Below, piece after piece: positions 36,022 through 46,802 of a stretch of DNA of 64,000 nt (its first letter is position 1; each line of letters starts with the position of its first letter). Source of the stretch: Epithemia pelagica. Lineage: Eukaryota; Protista; Bacillariophyta. The DNA is taken from the NCBI GenBank assembly GCA_946965045.2, contig OX337234.1:1116001-1180000 (forward strand). Direction: 5' to 3'. The notes below the pieces were generated by a model, which made no database searches, had not been told where the DNA came from, and saw only the letters and a list, made by a program, of their open reading frames with translations. Made by a program: the position numbers and the translations under genes.

Positions 36022-36423
36022 TCCTCTGCTTTCGGATCCTCTGGTCCCCCCTGTGTGGACACACGATCTTGCAGTCCCTCTCAGGCCATTCCTTTAGCTC
36101 AACAAAACCAATCCGTGCGGGCCGGCCGGATTTGGTTTTGGAAAATGTGCCTAAACGCCGTCCTTACGCATTCGCAAAACAAATCCAAAAGACCGCACCT
36201 ATCCCCCATCCTGACCCTCATCCTGACCCCCATCCTCCCCCACTCTTCACTCAGAAAAATTGTATACTAAAACTATTGGGTACTAAGGAAGCGACCTTTT
36301 ATGCAAGAATACCGTTATAGTCGAACGCCCGCCCATCATGTCGAACGCCCGCCCAACATATTCGAAACTGTAGGCTGGCCTCTACACTAGCATAAGTAAA
36401 ACACTATCCCTAATGAATTTCCC

Positions 36424-36471
36424 GGATTTGTTCGAACCAATCCGGGGTCCTGGATTGGTTCGAACAAATCC
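36424..36471. repeat. Perfect 20-bp inverted repeat with 8-nt spacer
   Basis: GGATTTGTTCGAACCAATCC / GGATTGGTTCGAACAAATCC. Confidence 0.9.
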
Positions 36472-36667
36472 AGAAATGCTGTTTTACCCGGATATATGAC
36501 GTAAACGTGACGCAAAATGCTGACGTGCACGCAATCTCGATTTGGTTTTGCGAGCTAAAGGATTGGCCTCACTTGTGATGTTGCGAATCCTTTGATTCGC
36601 CGGGGACGGGTCATTCGGGAATGGATACTACGGGACTGCGGAACGTGACTGTGGAACGTGCATAGTC

Positions 36668-36783
36668 ATCACGTTTACCTCTTATTGTCTTACTGAATTG
36701 AAAGGAGATCCTCGATAATGTGTATTCTAATCTTAGTCTTTTTCTTAACGAAGTGAACTCGCTCTACCGACGTAGATAAGTGA
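36668..36783 (+). repeat. ~120-bp dispersed element upstream of the sulfotransferase; inverted copy at 60292-60413
   Basis: ATCACGTTTAC..CTCTTATTGTCTTACTGAATTGAAAGGAGATCCTCGATA...GATAAGTGA is shared. Confidence 0.9.
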
Positions 36784-36835
36784 AAGGTACCAAGATTATC
36801 ACTTCTTATCAACTCCATCCTCTCCCACAACGACG

Positions 36836-38848
36836 ATGACCAATGGTCCTTCCTTCCGCAGGGTAGTACGAGTGACTCTCGTTTTGCTCGTACTGTCCCA
36901 AATCAGGTACCTCCATCGCAACTTTTTTCCCAACAACAACAACAACAAACAATTGCACGACGTTCACAAAACAACCCCAATGGCAATCAATCAAGGCTCC
37001 CACGGATTGAAAGACGAGAAAGTACAACGAATCGTCAGTTGCACGATGAGTCATAACAGCACCAATCAAACCACTCCGCCATCCTTTTGTATCGACCCAC
37101 GGGATCCAGAATATACTGGCCCAAACCATATGCCACCCTATGTCCTTGAAAGATACAAGCTCTTGTTCTTTACTACGGCTAAAGTGGGCTGTACGCATTG
37201 GAGTTTGCTCTTTATGCGCATGGTGCATAATCGCACCTATGCCATCCAACAAGAAGGTCTAGTTCATGCTCAATCATGGAGCGAACTCAAACTGCTTCGT
37301 CACTATTCGGTAGAGGAAGCGACGCACATGATGACGTCTCCGCTATGGACTCGGGCCATTTTCTTGCGCGATCCCATGGAACGGTTTGTGTCGGCTTATT
37401 TGGACAAGGCAGTGGGCAAGGATCATTACGTGCAACACTTGTGTTGCAGAGGCAATGTCACTTGTCTGGCTCTTTCCAATCAGTCTGCAGAAATTGCATT
37501 TTCTGTAATGAAACGATGTGGTGACGAGCATTGGGTCCCGCAAAGTAACCGCATTTCTAACAAGTACATGCGACAGGTTAATTTTATTGGACGCATGGAA
37601 ACCATGCAACAAGACAGCGAACGATTGTTGAGACGGATTGGAGCCTGGAAACAGTATGGGACACATAGCACCAGTACGACGACGACAAACATCACCATTC
37701 CCTCCAGCGCCAAAACTTCCTACATCGGCACCAACAAACCACGCCATGCCGGTCAGAGTCATGCGACGGGTGCGTCGTCTAAAATGGTCCAGCACATCAC
37801 TCCCAAATTGTATCAAGAACTCCTCGAGTATTATCGGGTGGACTACGAAAACCCGTATTTCAACTTTACCAAACCAAACATGACATGGTCGGAACAATCC
37901 CCCATGAATCAAAGCTTCCACGGACTGAAAGAGGAGAATGTACAACCAAACGACACCAGCACGGCGAGTCACAACAGTACCAACCAAACCACTTCACCAT
38001 CCTTTCGCGTTGACCCATCGGATCAAGAATACACGGGCCAGGCACCCTATGTCTTTGAAAAATACAAGTTCTTGTTCTTTCCTACGGCAAAGGTGGCCTG
38101 TACGCATTGGAAAGTGCTCTTTATGCGCATGGTGCACAATCGCACCTATGCCATCCAACAAGAAGGTCTAGTTCATGCTCAAGCACCAAGGGAACTCAAA
38201 CGGCTTCGTCACTATTCGGTAGAGGAAGCGACGCACATGATGACGTCTCCGCTATGGACTCGGGCCATTTTCTTGCGCGATCCCATGGAACGGTTTGTGT
38301 CGGCTTATTTGGACAAGGCAGTGGGCAAGGATCATTACGTGCAACACATGTGTTGCAGACGCAATGTCACTTGTCTGGCTCTTTCCAATCAGTCGGCAGA
38401 AATTGCATTTTCTGTAATGAAACAATGTGTTGACGTTCATTGGGCCCCGCAAAGTAACCGCATTTCTCACAAGTACATGCGACAGGTTAATTTTATTGGA
38501 CGCATGGAAACCATGCAACAAGACAGCGAACGATTGTTGAGACGGATTGGAGCCTGGAAACAGTATGGGACACATAGCACCAGTACGACGACGACAAACA
38601 TCACCATTCCCTCCAGCGCCAACACTTCCTACATCGGCACCAACAAACCACGCCATGCCGGTCAGAGTCATGCGACGGGTGCGTCGTCTAAAATGGCCAA
38701 GCACATTACTCCCAAATTGTATCAAGAACTCCTCGAGTATTATCGGGTGGACTACGAAAACCCGTATTTCAACTTTACCATACCAAACATGACATGGTTG
38801 GAGGAATCTTTCCAGCAACAGCCGTTGACAAGCCAACTGGAAGTGTGA
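36836..38848 (+). CDS. Type II membrane carbohydrate sulfotransferase (Sulfotransfer_2/HNK-1-ST-like) with two tandem catalytic domains
   Basis: N-terminal TM segment. KVGCTHW, FLRDPMERFVSAY, HWxPQ and YRVDY each occur twice at a 909-nt offset. Confidence 0.88.
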   Translation: MTNGPSFRRVVRVTLVLLVLSQIRYLHRNFFPNNNNNKQLHDVHKTTPMAINQGSHGLKDEKVQRIVSCTMSHNSTNQTTPPSFCIDPRDPEYTGPNHMPPYVLERYKLLFFTTAKVGCTHWSLLFMRMVHNRTYAIQQEGLVHAQSWSELKLLRHYSVEEATHMMTSPLWTRAIFLRDPMERFVSAYLDKAVGKDHYVQHLCCRGNVTCLALSNQSAEIAFSVMKRCGDEHWVPQSNRISNKYMRQVNFIGRMETMQQDSERLLRRIGAWKQYGTHSTSTTTTNITIPSSAKTSYIGTNKPRHAGQSHATGASSKMVQHITPKLYQELLEYYRVDYENPYFNFTKPNMTWSEQSPMNQSFHGLKEENVQPNDTSTASHNSTNQTTSPSFRVDPSDQEYTGQAPYVFEKYKFLFFPTAKVACTHWKVLFMRMVHNRTYAIQQEGLVHAQAPRELKRLRHYSVEEATHMMTSPLWTRAIFLRDPMERFVSAYLDKAVGKDHYVQHMCCRRNVTCLALSNQSAEIAFSVMKQCVDVHWAPQSNRISHKYMRQVNFIGRMETMQQDSERLLRRIGAWKQYGTHSTSTTTTNITIPSSANTSYIGTNKPRHAGQSHATGASSKMAKHITPKLYQELLEYYRVDYENPYFNFTIPNMTWLEESFQQQPLTSQLEV

Positions 38849-39331
38849 CGACTGTAGCAGTTTCGTTGGAGTTACCAGAAGTTTTGGACCATCATACTAG
38901 CCGTTGACAAGCCACCCACTGTAACGGTTTCGTTGGAGTGGCCAGAAACAAAAACAAAAACGAGCCATGCGTAAGAATCACAGAACATAGTAGAAACGAC
39001 AACGAGTTTAGAATCAGTTAAAAGAGATAGTATCCCTTCTCATCGGTCAAAGACTCATTGGTATACTCACTCATACTTAAGAGAGTGCAGATCCGTCGTT
39101 CTCTCTTTTCAAGCAATATTTATTGTGCACTCTTCCTTTGATATCCTTCGTTCCGCTCAACTTTGATCGCTCTGTTGGTAGCAAAACAGGCCTTGCATAG
39201 AAAATTTTGTTAGGGTCATGGCTTTTTGATCGACCGTTTGGCGCTCGTTGTCGGCCACAGACCACAGATGATAACCGACTCTGTCCGTTGATGAAAGGCA
39301 CGCCAAAAGACCACACAGGTGTCTCCCATTC

Positions 39332-40876
39332 ATGTACTGTGAATGTGAATTGGGTTTCACAAAAGAGATGGAATCATTAAACAATAAAGCGCCAGTGGCT
39401 TGGTCGGAGGACCAGGAACCAGTTTCGTCGTGGATCCTTCCTCGTGGAGCCGATTGGATTGTTCGAGAAGTGTGTGCCCAAGAGTTGTTGCGACAAGTCT
39501 TGGACGGTCGATTCTTGGACGCTCCTGCGGCATCCTCGTCCCTACCAGGCAACGACGACAACGAACAAACAACCGAACACGAAGGCGCCGCCGGAATCGA
39601 GGATGCCATTCCCACGGCACGGTCCTTGTCGGCAAATGACTTTTGTACGGTCCGACACTTGATTGCGACGTATCCAGGCATTTGTCGATGTCGGTATGAA
39701 TTTCGATGGGAAGGCGGAGACACACGATATCTCTATCCATTGGCCATGCTTTCCTTGTTGCAACCACCATTGGAACTTATTCATTTAACGTATGAGGCCT
39801 TTCCACAAGCCTTGACCATTGCCGAACCCACCAAGGGTTGTATTCCCTTGCATTACGCCTGCTCCGTCGAAGGCTCGTTGGAACTGGTCTCCTTCTTGTT
39901 GGACCAGAACCCGGAAACGATACGCACCAAACGACTGGATGGAATGATGCCCTTGCATTTGGCGAGTTATTTTCAAGCACCCTCTCCCATTGTCGACTAT
40001 TTGTATGAGCAATATCCCGAGGCGATTGCCATGGTCGATCATGAACAATGGACTCCCCTTCATGCGGCGGCCCGCGGCACGGCCTCGTTGCAAGTCGTGG
40101 AACGATTGTATCAATGGCGGCCCGAATCAGCCTTGGAACTCGACGAAGCCCGACGTACGCCCTTGCATTTGGCCTGTATGAAACGGGGTCATTTCCATGT
40201 GGTGGAACGGCTCTATCAGTGTGAACCGGCCGCCTTGGCCATGCAAGACGTTCACACCTTGACACCCCTCTTTCACGCCGCCAAATGTCAATCGGCACAA
40301 ACCCTCCAATTCTTGCTTCAACAACTCCGGAACGCACAAGAACAAGAACAACAGGTGGAACAGGAGAATGAACCTGCTGTAGAGGCACCTCGCATACCGC
40401 AAAACCCTGAAAGAGCACACATTCCTCTTCCGCAGCTACAGGCCCAACAACAACCTCCACAACAACAATCGCCACAATCCTGGCTTCCACCTTCGGATCA
40501 TTTGGGTGCCACGGTCCTACATTTTGCCGTGGCGGCCAATACACCAGAAGTGGTCGACTATTTGTGTCGGGCCTTTCCTCCGTTGGCCGAAGCATTATGT
40601 ACCGAACGGATGCGATATACCGCCTTGCATGTGGCGTGCTTGTGCGATGCACCCGTTCCCAATGTGCAAGCCTTGTTGCGACATTATCCCGAAACACTCT
40701 TGACCCGCACGGGACAAGGTCATGATTGTTTGCACATTGCCCGCAAAAGCAACGTGTCAGCCCAACTCCGGGACTTGTTGGAACGAGAAATGACCAAGCT
40801 GCGAGCGTCCAAAGAATCGTCGTCGTCGTCTGTAGAGAGAAACAAAAAGGCGTGGAAGGAACAGAGATATACATGA
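39332..40876 (+). CDS. Ankyrin-repeat protein
   Basis: Repeated motifs GCIPLHYAC, MPLHLA, TPLHAAA, TPLHLAC, TVLHFAV, TALHVAC. Confidence 0.88.
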   Translation: MYCECELGFTKEMESLNNKAPVAWSEDQEPVSSWILPRGADWIVREVCAQELLRQVLDGRFLDAPAASSSLPGNDDNEQTTEHEGAAGIEDAIPTARSLSANDFCTVRHLIATYPGICRCRYEFRWEGGDTRYLYPLAMLSLLQPPLELIHLTYEAFPQALTIAEPTKGCIPLHYACSVEGSLELVSFLLDQNPETIRTKRLDGMMPLHLASYFQAPSPIVDYLYEQYPEAIAMVDHEQWTPLHAAARGTASLQVVERLYQWRPESALELDEARRTPLHLACMKRGHFHVVERLYQCEPAALAMQDVHTLTPLFHAAKCQSAQTLQFLLQQLRNAQEQEQQVEQENEPAVEAPRIPQNPERAHIPLPQLQAQQQPPQQQSPQSWLPPSDHLGATVLHFAVAANTPEVVDYLCRAFPPLAEALCTERMRYTALHVACLCDAPVPNVQALLRHYPETLLTRTGQGHDCLHIARKSNVSAQLRDLLEREMTKLRASKESSSSSVERNKKAWKEQRYT

Positions 40877-41236
40877 GGCAAACACGTTGCCGGAAACTTG
40901 GTAGCACTGGTGTACAAGTGTAATTTAGAGGACCAAGGTTCCAGTTTCATGCAAGATGAAAAAGCCCCAAACAAGGCGTTTAGATGATTGTTTCATAGAA
41001 CGGGCTCCATATGTAGGTTTCACAGATCCGAGGCTCCACAACCAAAGGCGACAAAAAACCAACGTAGGTGGCTTTGTCTGTCTTGTCCGTACACGGTGGC
41101 TGGCTTGCCTACAAGAGTATATACAGAGTGTGTGTCATGGTCAGCAATGAAGTGCGATTGGTCTATCTTAGGTTTCCTGCTGAGAAAAAGACGCTCAGGA
41201 AAAACAGGAACTGATGAGCAAGAAGTAACTACCTAC

Positions 41237-42148
41237 TTAGTAGCCCTCTTGAATCCTTGACATGGGAACTCTGGAATTTCTGGTTGGTACGTGTCGTCCA
41301 CCACCGACATGTTCCATGGTAGTCCCCGCTGTAGGTCGATAATACGAGTTTCGATCCCTGGGTTTGCGCCAGTCAGAGCGACAAAATTCGTTGCATTCAT
41401 GATGGGCAAAAAAGGTGGAAATTCCAGCACTTCCCAAATCGGTGGGACCTTATTCCTGGTGGACAGACATGACCACCGGGTCGGTCAACACCACACCATC
41501 CTGGTACACGCCACCCTGCAGATCACAAAGCAAGCATTGGCCATTGGATGAATGGTACGAAAAGTGCGACACTGCTTGCATGACGCGTGCCCAGGGAATG
41601 GAATCGTCCGACCATCCAGTGTTGGAATTGAATTTTTGGTAGTTGGTGATGAAGGGTTCCTGCAAGACCTTTTGACCAGCAAACGAACAACCAGGCCGGA
41701 AGGTCCAAACTTCTGGAAGATTGATTTTGACCATGCGATCAATAAATCTCTTTTCATTCCATTTCGTAATGAGGCGAACAGCCATATTCGAAGCATCAAT
41801 GTCGGCATCATAGAAACTTGCTTCCATCACTCCGCCCGTTTTGAACCACTTGCACACGCACTGTTCGCCAGCTCGATTTCCATGAGTGTATCTTCCCTTG
41901 GCAACATATCGAAACGCTCCTTCCGCAAAGGGATAATCCAAGGCATCGTTTGTGAAGGTCGCTCGCGTTGCGTTGTTGCGGCGTGCCGTTTGAGAAGGAT
42001 CAACACTGTTGTTGTTCGATTCGTGATTACCAGCCACACAACTTGCACAGCGTGATGCGCCTGGGCATTTGTTTACCCTTTGATTATTGCTGTATGAAGA
42101 CCGATGCAAGGAGCGGTTGCATTCGGCGCAGACACGATATGATGGCAT
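41237..42148 (-). pseudogene. Zn-finger plus alpha-kinase (eEF2K/MHCK family) with one in-frame stop at 41452-41450
   Basis: FAEGAFRYVAKG, QEPFI, KFNSNTG, SHFSY, CDLQG, LTDP, then QE*GPTDLG...HECNEFC in the same frame. Confidence 0.85.
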
Positions 42149-42265
42149 GGTAATGGCACAATGGGCATGATCTTATTCCTCGCCAAACGCCGACAGCAAA
42201 TTTGTGCGATCGATGCGGAAACGCGCAGAGGTCGCGGATATACTTTTGGATGACTGCTAACCTTA

Positions 42266-42812
42266 CAAGCTGAGTTCAGAGTTTACATCAACGACGTAGG
42301 CCCCTGTAGAATTTGTACCAGAGGAGTAATCCTCGATAGCGCTTCGCGTTTCTAATGTCCGACACGCGACGTCCTAGTGGTTGCAAGAAATATTTTATTA
42401 CCTTTAGTGTTATGTGTGATTTCTTCCGAACGCTAGATTTTCATCAAAAATTACGAAAAACAGTCGACTGTGTTGACCATGGTGGAGGGTCGGTGGAGGG
42501 CCGTCCCAACCGCGTACCTTGTTGCCGAGCTGTATCAAGGTGCCTAAGGGTGTTATTAGGCCATCACCAATGGGGCAACAAGGTATGCGGTTGGCATCAT
42601 CCCCAATGAAGTGATGATCCGACGCACCCCACGCACGATAGTCTCGTACAAAACGAAGTTTTTCTGGGGGAACGCGAGATTGTCGAGTTTAGGAAGCACT
42701 TTTCACATTAGAGGCATAATTATAAGGGCTATAGTAATTAGATGGCTGGCGTGATATACGTAGATTTCCTACTAAGCGCTACGTCGTTGACATTCGGCTT
42801 GAACTCAGCTTG
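42266..42812. mobile_element. Tc1/mariner-type MITE, TIR CAAGCTGAGTTCA, TA TSD
   Basis: TA|CAAGCTGAGTTCA...TGAACTCAGCTTG|TA; no ORF; inverted sister copy at 46803-47341. Confidence 0.85.
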
Positions 42813-43134
42813 TACCTTACGAGCTACGAGACCATCTCCTGTCTACATCACTCTATCCTAGGAGTAAGAGGAATCAGCAGGTAAATGTAAAGCATCAGCA
42901 TCTTTGTACACATTCTCCTCTATAAAATGTTTTTCCTTAGTTTGAAATGTATGTGAAAGTGTTACAAGGCTCTCTCGTCCGGACATTGTGCTAGATTGGG
43001 ACCTCAATAACACCATGACCTGAACTCTGGACGCAGGGCCACATTGGGTGTTGGACAATGGTAACCTGAAGAATTAAAACGACCAACTTGGAGTTCCTGA
43101 GTTTGCATTTACCAGCTCATCGTGTAGCTACACG

Positions 43135-44124
43135 TCAAGTTACCACAGTAACAGATACTACTACGAATTCGATTGTGTTATATTTGGTGGAGAGAAAGAC
43201 ACTGAAGAAAACCGGGAACCGATGAACAAGGAGTAGCAAATAGCCTTCTCGAATCCTTGACATGGGAGCCCTGGAGCCTTGTGTTGGAACGTGCTGTGCC
43301 GCACCACCCTGCCTCATTGTGGTACCCGCAGTACGTCGGTAAAATGGCTTTGGTTTTTGTGGTGTGATCCAGTTGGAACAGCAAAATTCGTTGCGTTCAT
43401 GATGGGCAAACAAGGTGGAAATTCCAGCACTTGCCAAATCGGTCGAACCAAGACCTGAGTGACGGACATGACGACCGGGTCTGTCAATACCACGCCATCC
43501 TTGTACACGCCACCCTGCAAATCGCAAAGCAAGTACGCTCCGTTCGAAACATGGTAGGAATAATGTGACAGAGGGCTTGCATCACCCGTGCCCAAGGAAA
43601 GGAATCGTCGGACCATCCATTGTTGGAGTTAAACTTTTGATAGTTGGAAATCTAGGGTTCTTGCGCAAGACTTTTTTACCGGCATTTGAACTTCCAGATG
43701 CGAATGTCCAAACTTCTGGGAGGTTGATTCTTACCATACGATCAATCAAATTCTTCTTGTTCCACTCGGTAATCAGATGGACTGCCATTTGGGAAGCGGC
43801 AATGTCGGTTTCAAAAAAGCTTTCTTCGATCATACCACGCTTCTTGAACTACTTGCAGACGCACTTTTCACCCGCTCGATCCCCTTTGGTATATTTACCC
43901 TTGGCAACATATCGAAAGGCTCCTTCTGCAAAGGGATTATTCAAGGCCTCCTCAGAAAAGGACGCTTGCGTCGCATTGTTCCGACGGGCCGTTTGAGAGT
44001 AATCGAGACGGTGAGACTCATGACGAGATGCCATACAACTTGCACAGCGCGATTTATTTACCAGAGCTTTTGTTCCACTGCTTGGAGCTAAAGTAATACC
44101 GATGCAAGTTGCGATGGCATTCAA
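43135..44124 (-). pseudogene. Second Zn-finger alpha-kinase paralog, multiply frameshifted
   Basis: NPFAEGAFRYVAKG, HFSYHVSNGAYLLCDLQG, VLTDPVVMS and HERNEFC are spread over several frames. Confidence 0.85.
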
Positions 44125-45133
44125 CGCACACCCGATAAGAGGGCATGGTGGTGTTTGGTCTAGAGGAAACTGAATTTGTATCTCTCGCCGGTTGTGTTGT
44201 TTGCTTCAACGAAAATGTGAGCGTGGGGGTAGAATTGTCAGTCGAGAAACATCAATCGGTCCCCAGTTGGCCGCGAGTTACGCGCCCCGCGCGTGTTTTC
44301 TGGACAGACAGAGGGACGTCAGTCACATAATAAGGTATTCTCGCACTCGCAGAGCTCGCATGCGGGCTTGGCCGGGTGGGCTCGTCGTCCACGCTCCTGT
44401 TAAACAACCTTGGTGGTTAGATTTTACGGTTAATTCAGGCGCGCAAAGACATCGATTCGTTATTGCCTCGTGATCCATGATTGAAACGGACGGATCGAGG
44501 GCCACTGCAATCATTCCGATGGACGCTTTGCGCGCTCGTCGGCTATTCTTGTTCATTTCCGTCACACTCCTTGCCGTTCGTGTTCCATCGGTTGCGGTCG
44601 TTCCGTGTCCTTGGCGGATGGCAATGGACGTTGCATTGGAGGAGGAAGACGACGAAACTCCACGAAACGTGCAGATGGCGGAAGAAATCAACCGACCAAA
44701 GATGGTCTCGTTTCTTTTGGGGGGCGGGCTTTGCCAAAGTTTTGGATCTTTCGAGAGAAGGCTTCCAATTCCAACACACCCACGCAGTTGCCCGAGCGAA
44801 CGAAACATGCGGACATTGGTGGGTGACGATCAATGACGACTCCCAAAGACTTGCGCCGCCCGTTTTCGAAAACCAAAAATTGACTGAACGAGAGAGATGT
44901 GTGCGCTATTTGTACTGGTCATCGTACCGTGAAGCCTTCCATCCATGTTGGACTTTACAATGCACGGAACAAAAATGGACGTGTGAGGAACACCAACGAC
45001 ACGTCAAGCACACAAGTCTTATTCACTCAAACAAAGTGTTGGATCGACATTCGGAAACTTTTTCAACACTTGTCATAAAAGACTAAACCTTCCTTGACCT
45101 TCAACTCCGGCATTCTCATGTTTCATAAAAGCA

Positions 45134-46045
45134 ATGAGTCTCTATCCACAACATCAATGCGATCTACCAGACAACTATCCTCAATCATCTCCTTGTCCAC
45201 ATCCTTACAAAGATGATGAGCTTTCCAAAATGATCTCAGAGGAGGAAGAAGAAAGGGATCATCGCAGTGACCTCTACGAGTCAAACAGCAGTAGTGCAGC
45301 AACGCAAGAAGATGATCGCAAGCCCTTGTCATCCATCGAAGCTTTTCAATCAAACGTGGAAGATCTTCCACGTCGTTGCAGCGAAGTGACAGCGCATGAA
45401 CAAGAGACCCTCAAGCAACAGTGTAGGCCTCCACGAAACACCACACAGCAGTTGAATCCTCGTCGCCAATCTCGATCCAACAACAACAACAACGTGGACG
45501 ACGACGATCCTCTGTATCGCTACAACTTTTTCTCCTATCCCTGTCATCCACAACAATGGCACAACCAGAAACGGAAATTCCTCATGTTTGTTCGAATTCT
45601 GTTGCGATGTTTGTATGCACGAGATCGTCTCTGTTACCATCGTCTTCGCCGATCTATCTGTCATATTTGGCGTCGTGCCCGCCAAGAACAAAGACGACGA
45701 TCTGCCGAGCAACGTCGTCACTCCTCCACCACTGCCAGTAGTAGCTGGATTATTCCCCCGGACGAAGACGATATGGACGGTAGTAACGAGTCACGAGTGG
45801 TTCAAGTCCTCCTTCAAATGCATCAATGCTTGCAACAAACCTTGACCGAAGAGCAATGGAACATGGGAGTCTTGTACTGGAAGTACTACGTCCATCGAGT
45901 GAAACGTCATCGACAGTTTCAGCGACAACAACAAGAGCAGTACTTGCAGGTCCTCCACCATGGCAGGGAAGATGGTCATCGTCCCTTGGCCGTTGATGAG
46001 GTTCGGAATCCTCCCGTTCTCATTTTGGACACGGACTTGAAGTAG
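45134..46045 (+). CDS. Helical-bundle protein, paralog of 12761-13666
   Basis: FFSYPCHPQQW..QKRKFLMFVRILL and the HRPLAV tail. Confidence 0.55.
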   Translation: MSLYPQHQCDLPDNYPQSSPCPHPYKDDELSKMISEEEEERDHRSDLYESNSSSAATQEDDRKPLSSIEAFQSNVEDLPRRCSEVTAHEQETLKQQCRPPRNTTQQLNPRRQSRSNNNNNVDDDDPLYRYNFFSYPCHPQQWHNQKRKFLMFVRILLRCLYARDRLCYHRLRRSICHIWRRARQEQRRRSAEQRRHSSTTASSSWIIPPDEDDMDGSNESRVVQVLLQMHQCLQQTLTEEQWNMGVLYWKYYVHRVKRHRQFQRQQQEQYLQVLHHGREDGHRPLAVDEVRNPPVLILDTDLK

Positions 46046-46802
46046 ACAAGTAAAACTTGTGTGTGTGTGACGAGGGATCCTTGCTATATGACGTCGGTGG
46101 GATCCACACTCTCAGCATGGGGGCTGAGTTCCTTGCATCCAGGGTGGTGTATTTTATCAATGTACATTATTTTTCGATGGAATTTGTGGAGGTATTCTGT
46201 GTATGGGAGAGAGAAAGATGCACAATGATAGTCAAAAGAGTAGGAAAGCAGACCAAGGGTAGGGTACTGCTTGTTTCAAGCTATAATTCTTTTTGTATAT
46301 TCTCGGGAATTTGTAGTGTTGATTCCAATGGACTCGTTGATGTAACGGGCTACGGCTACATTGCATTCGAATCTCTAATCATTAGGCGACGGCTGCCGGT
46401 AGCGAGACGGACCACCTCTAGAGACCTCGCCTCCACATGGTTCGAGCAAGAAAGGGCATGTGGCTCGGACCAGACAACTACCTCTAGATACTTACGGAGC
46501 CGCAGCGGCTGGAGATACTCCGCATTCCGCCAACGAGGAACCACAGAAATAATCCTCTCCGACATTTTTTTACCCAAACTGGCTGGGTAGAGAGCTGCTC
46601 CGCATTCTGCCAAGCGACACAATACCGTAGTACTTAGGTAGAACTACCAGAATCATCCCTATCCCTTCGCTGTTGTGTATCCAACATTAACATTTTGATT
46701 TTCGATAGACCCATGCCGAGAATACTCGTACGAGTATTGTGGACGTAGACGACGACCAATACACTACAATAGCTTAGGTCGACGTGCTCCCATACTCCCC
46801 TA

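Noticed and set aside
36320-36360. Short direct repeats as a CRISPR-like array
   Set aside because: Only two units with 4-nt spacers, in a eukaryotic context, with no cas genes.
44323-45086. Overlapping 120-200-aa ORFs upstream of the 45134 gene
   Set aside because: No domain signal; probably promoter/UTR sequence with chance ORFs.
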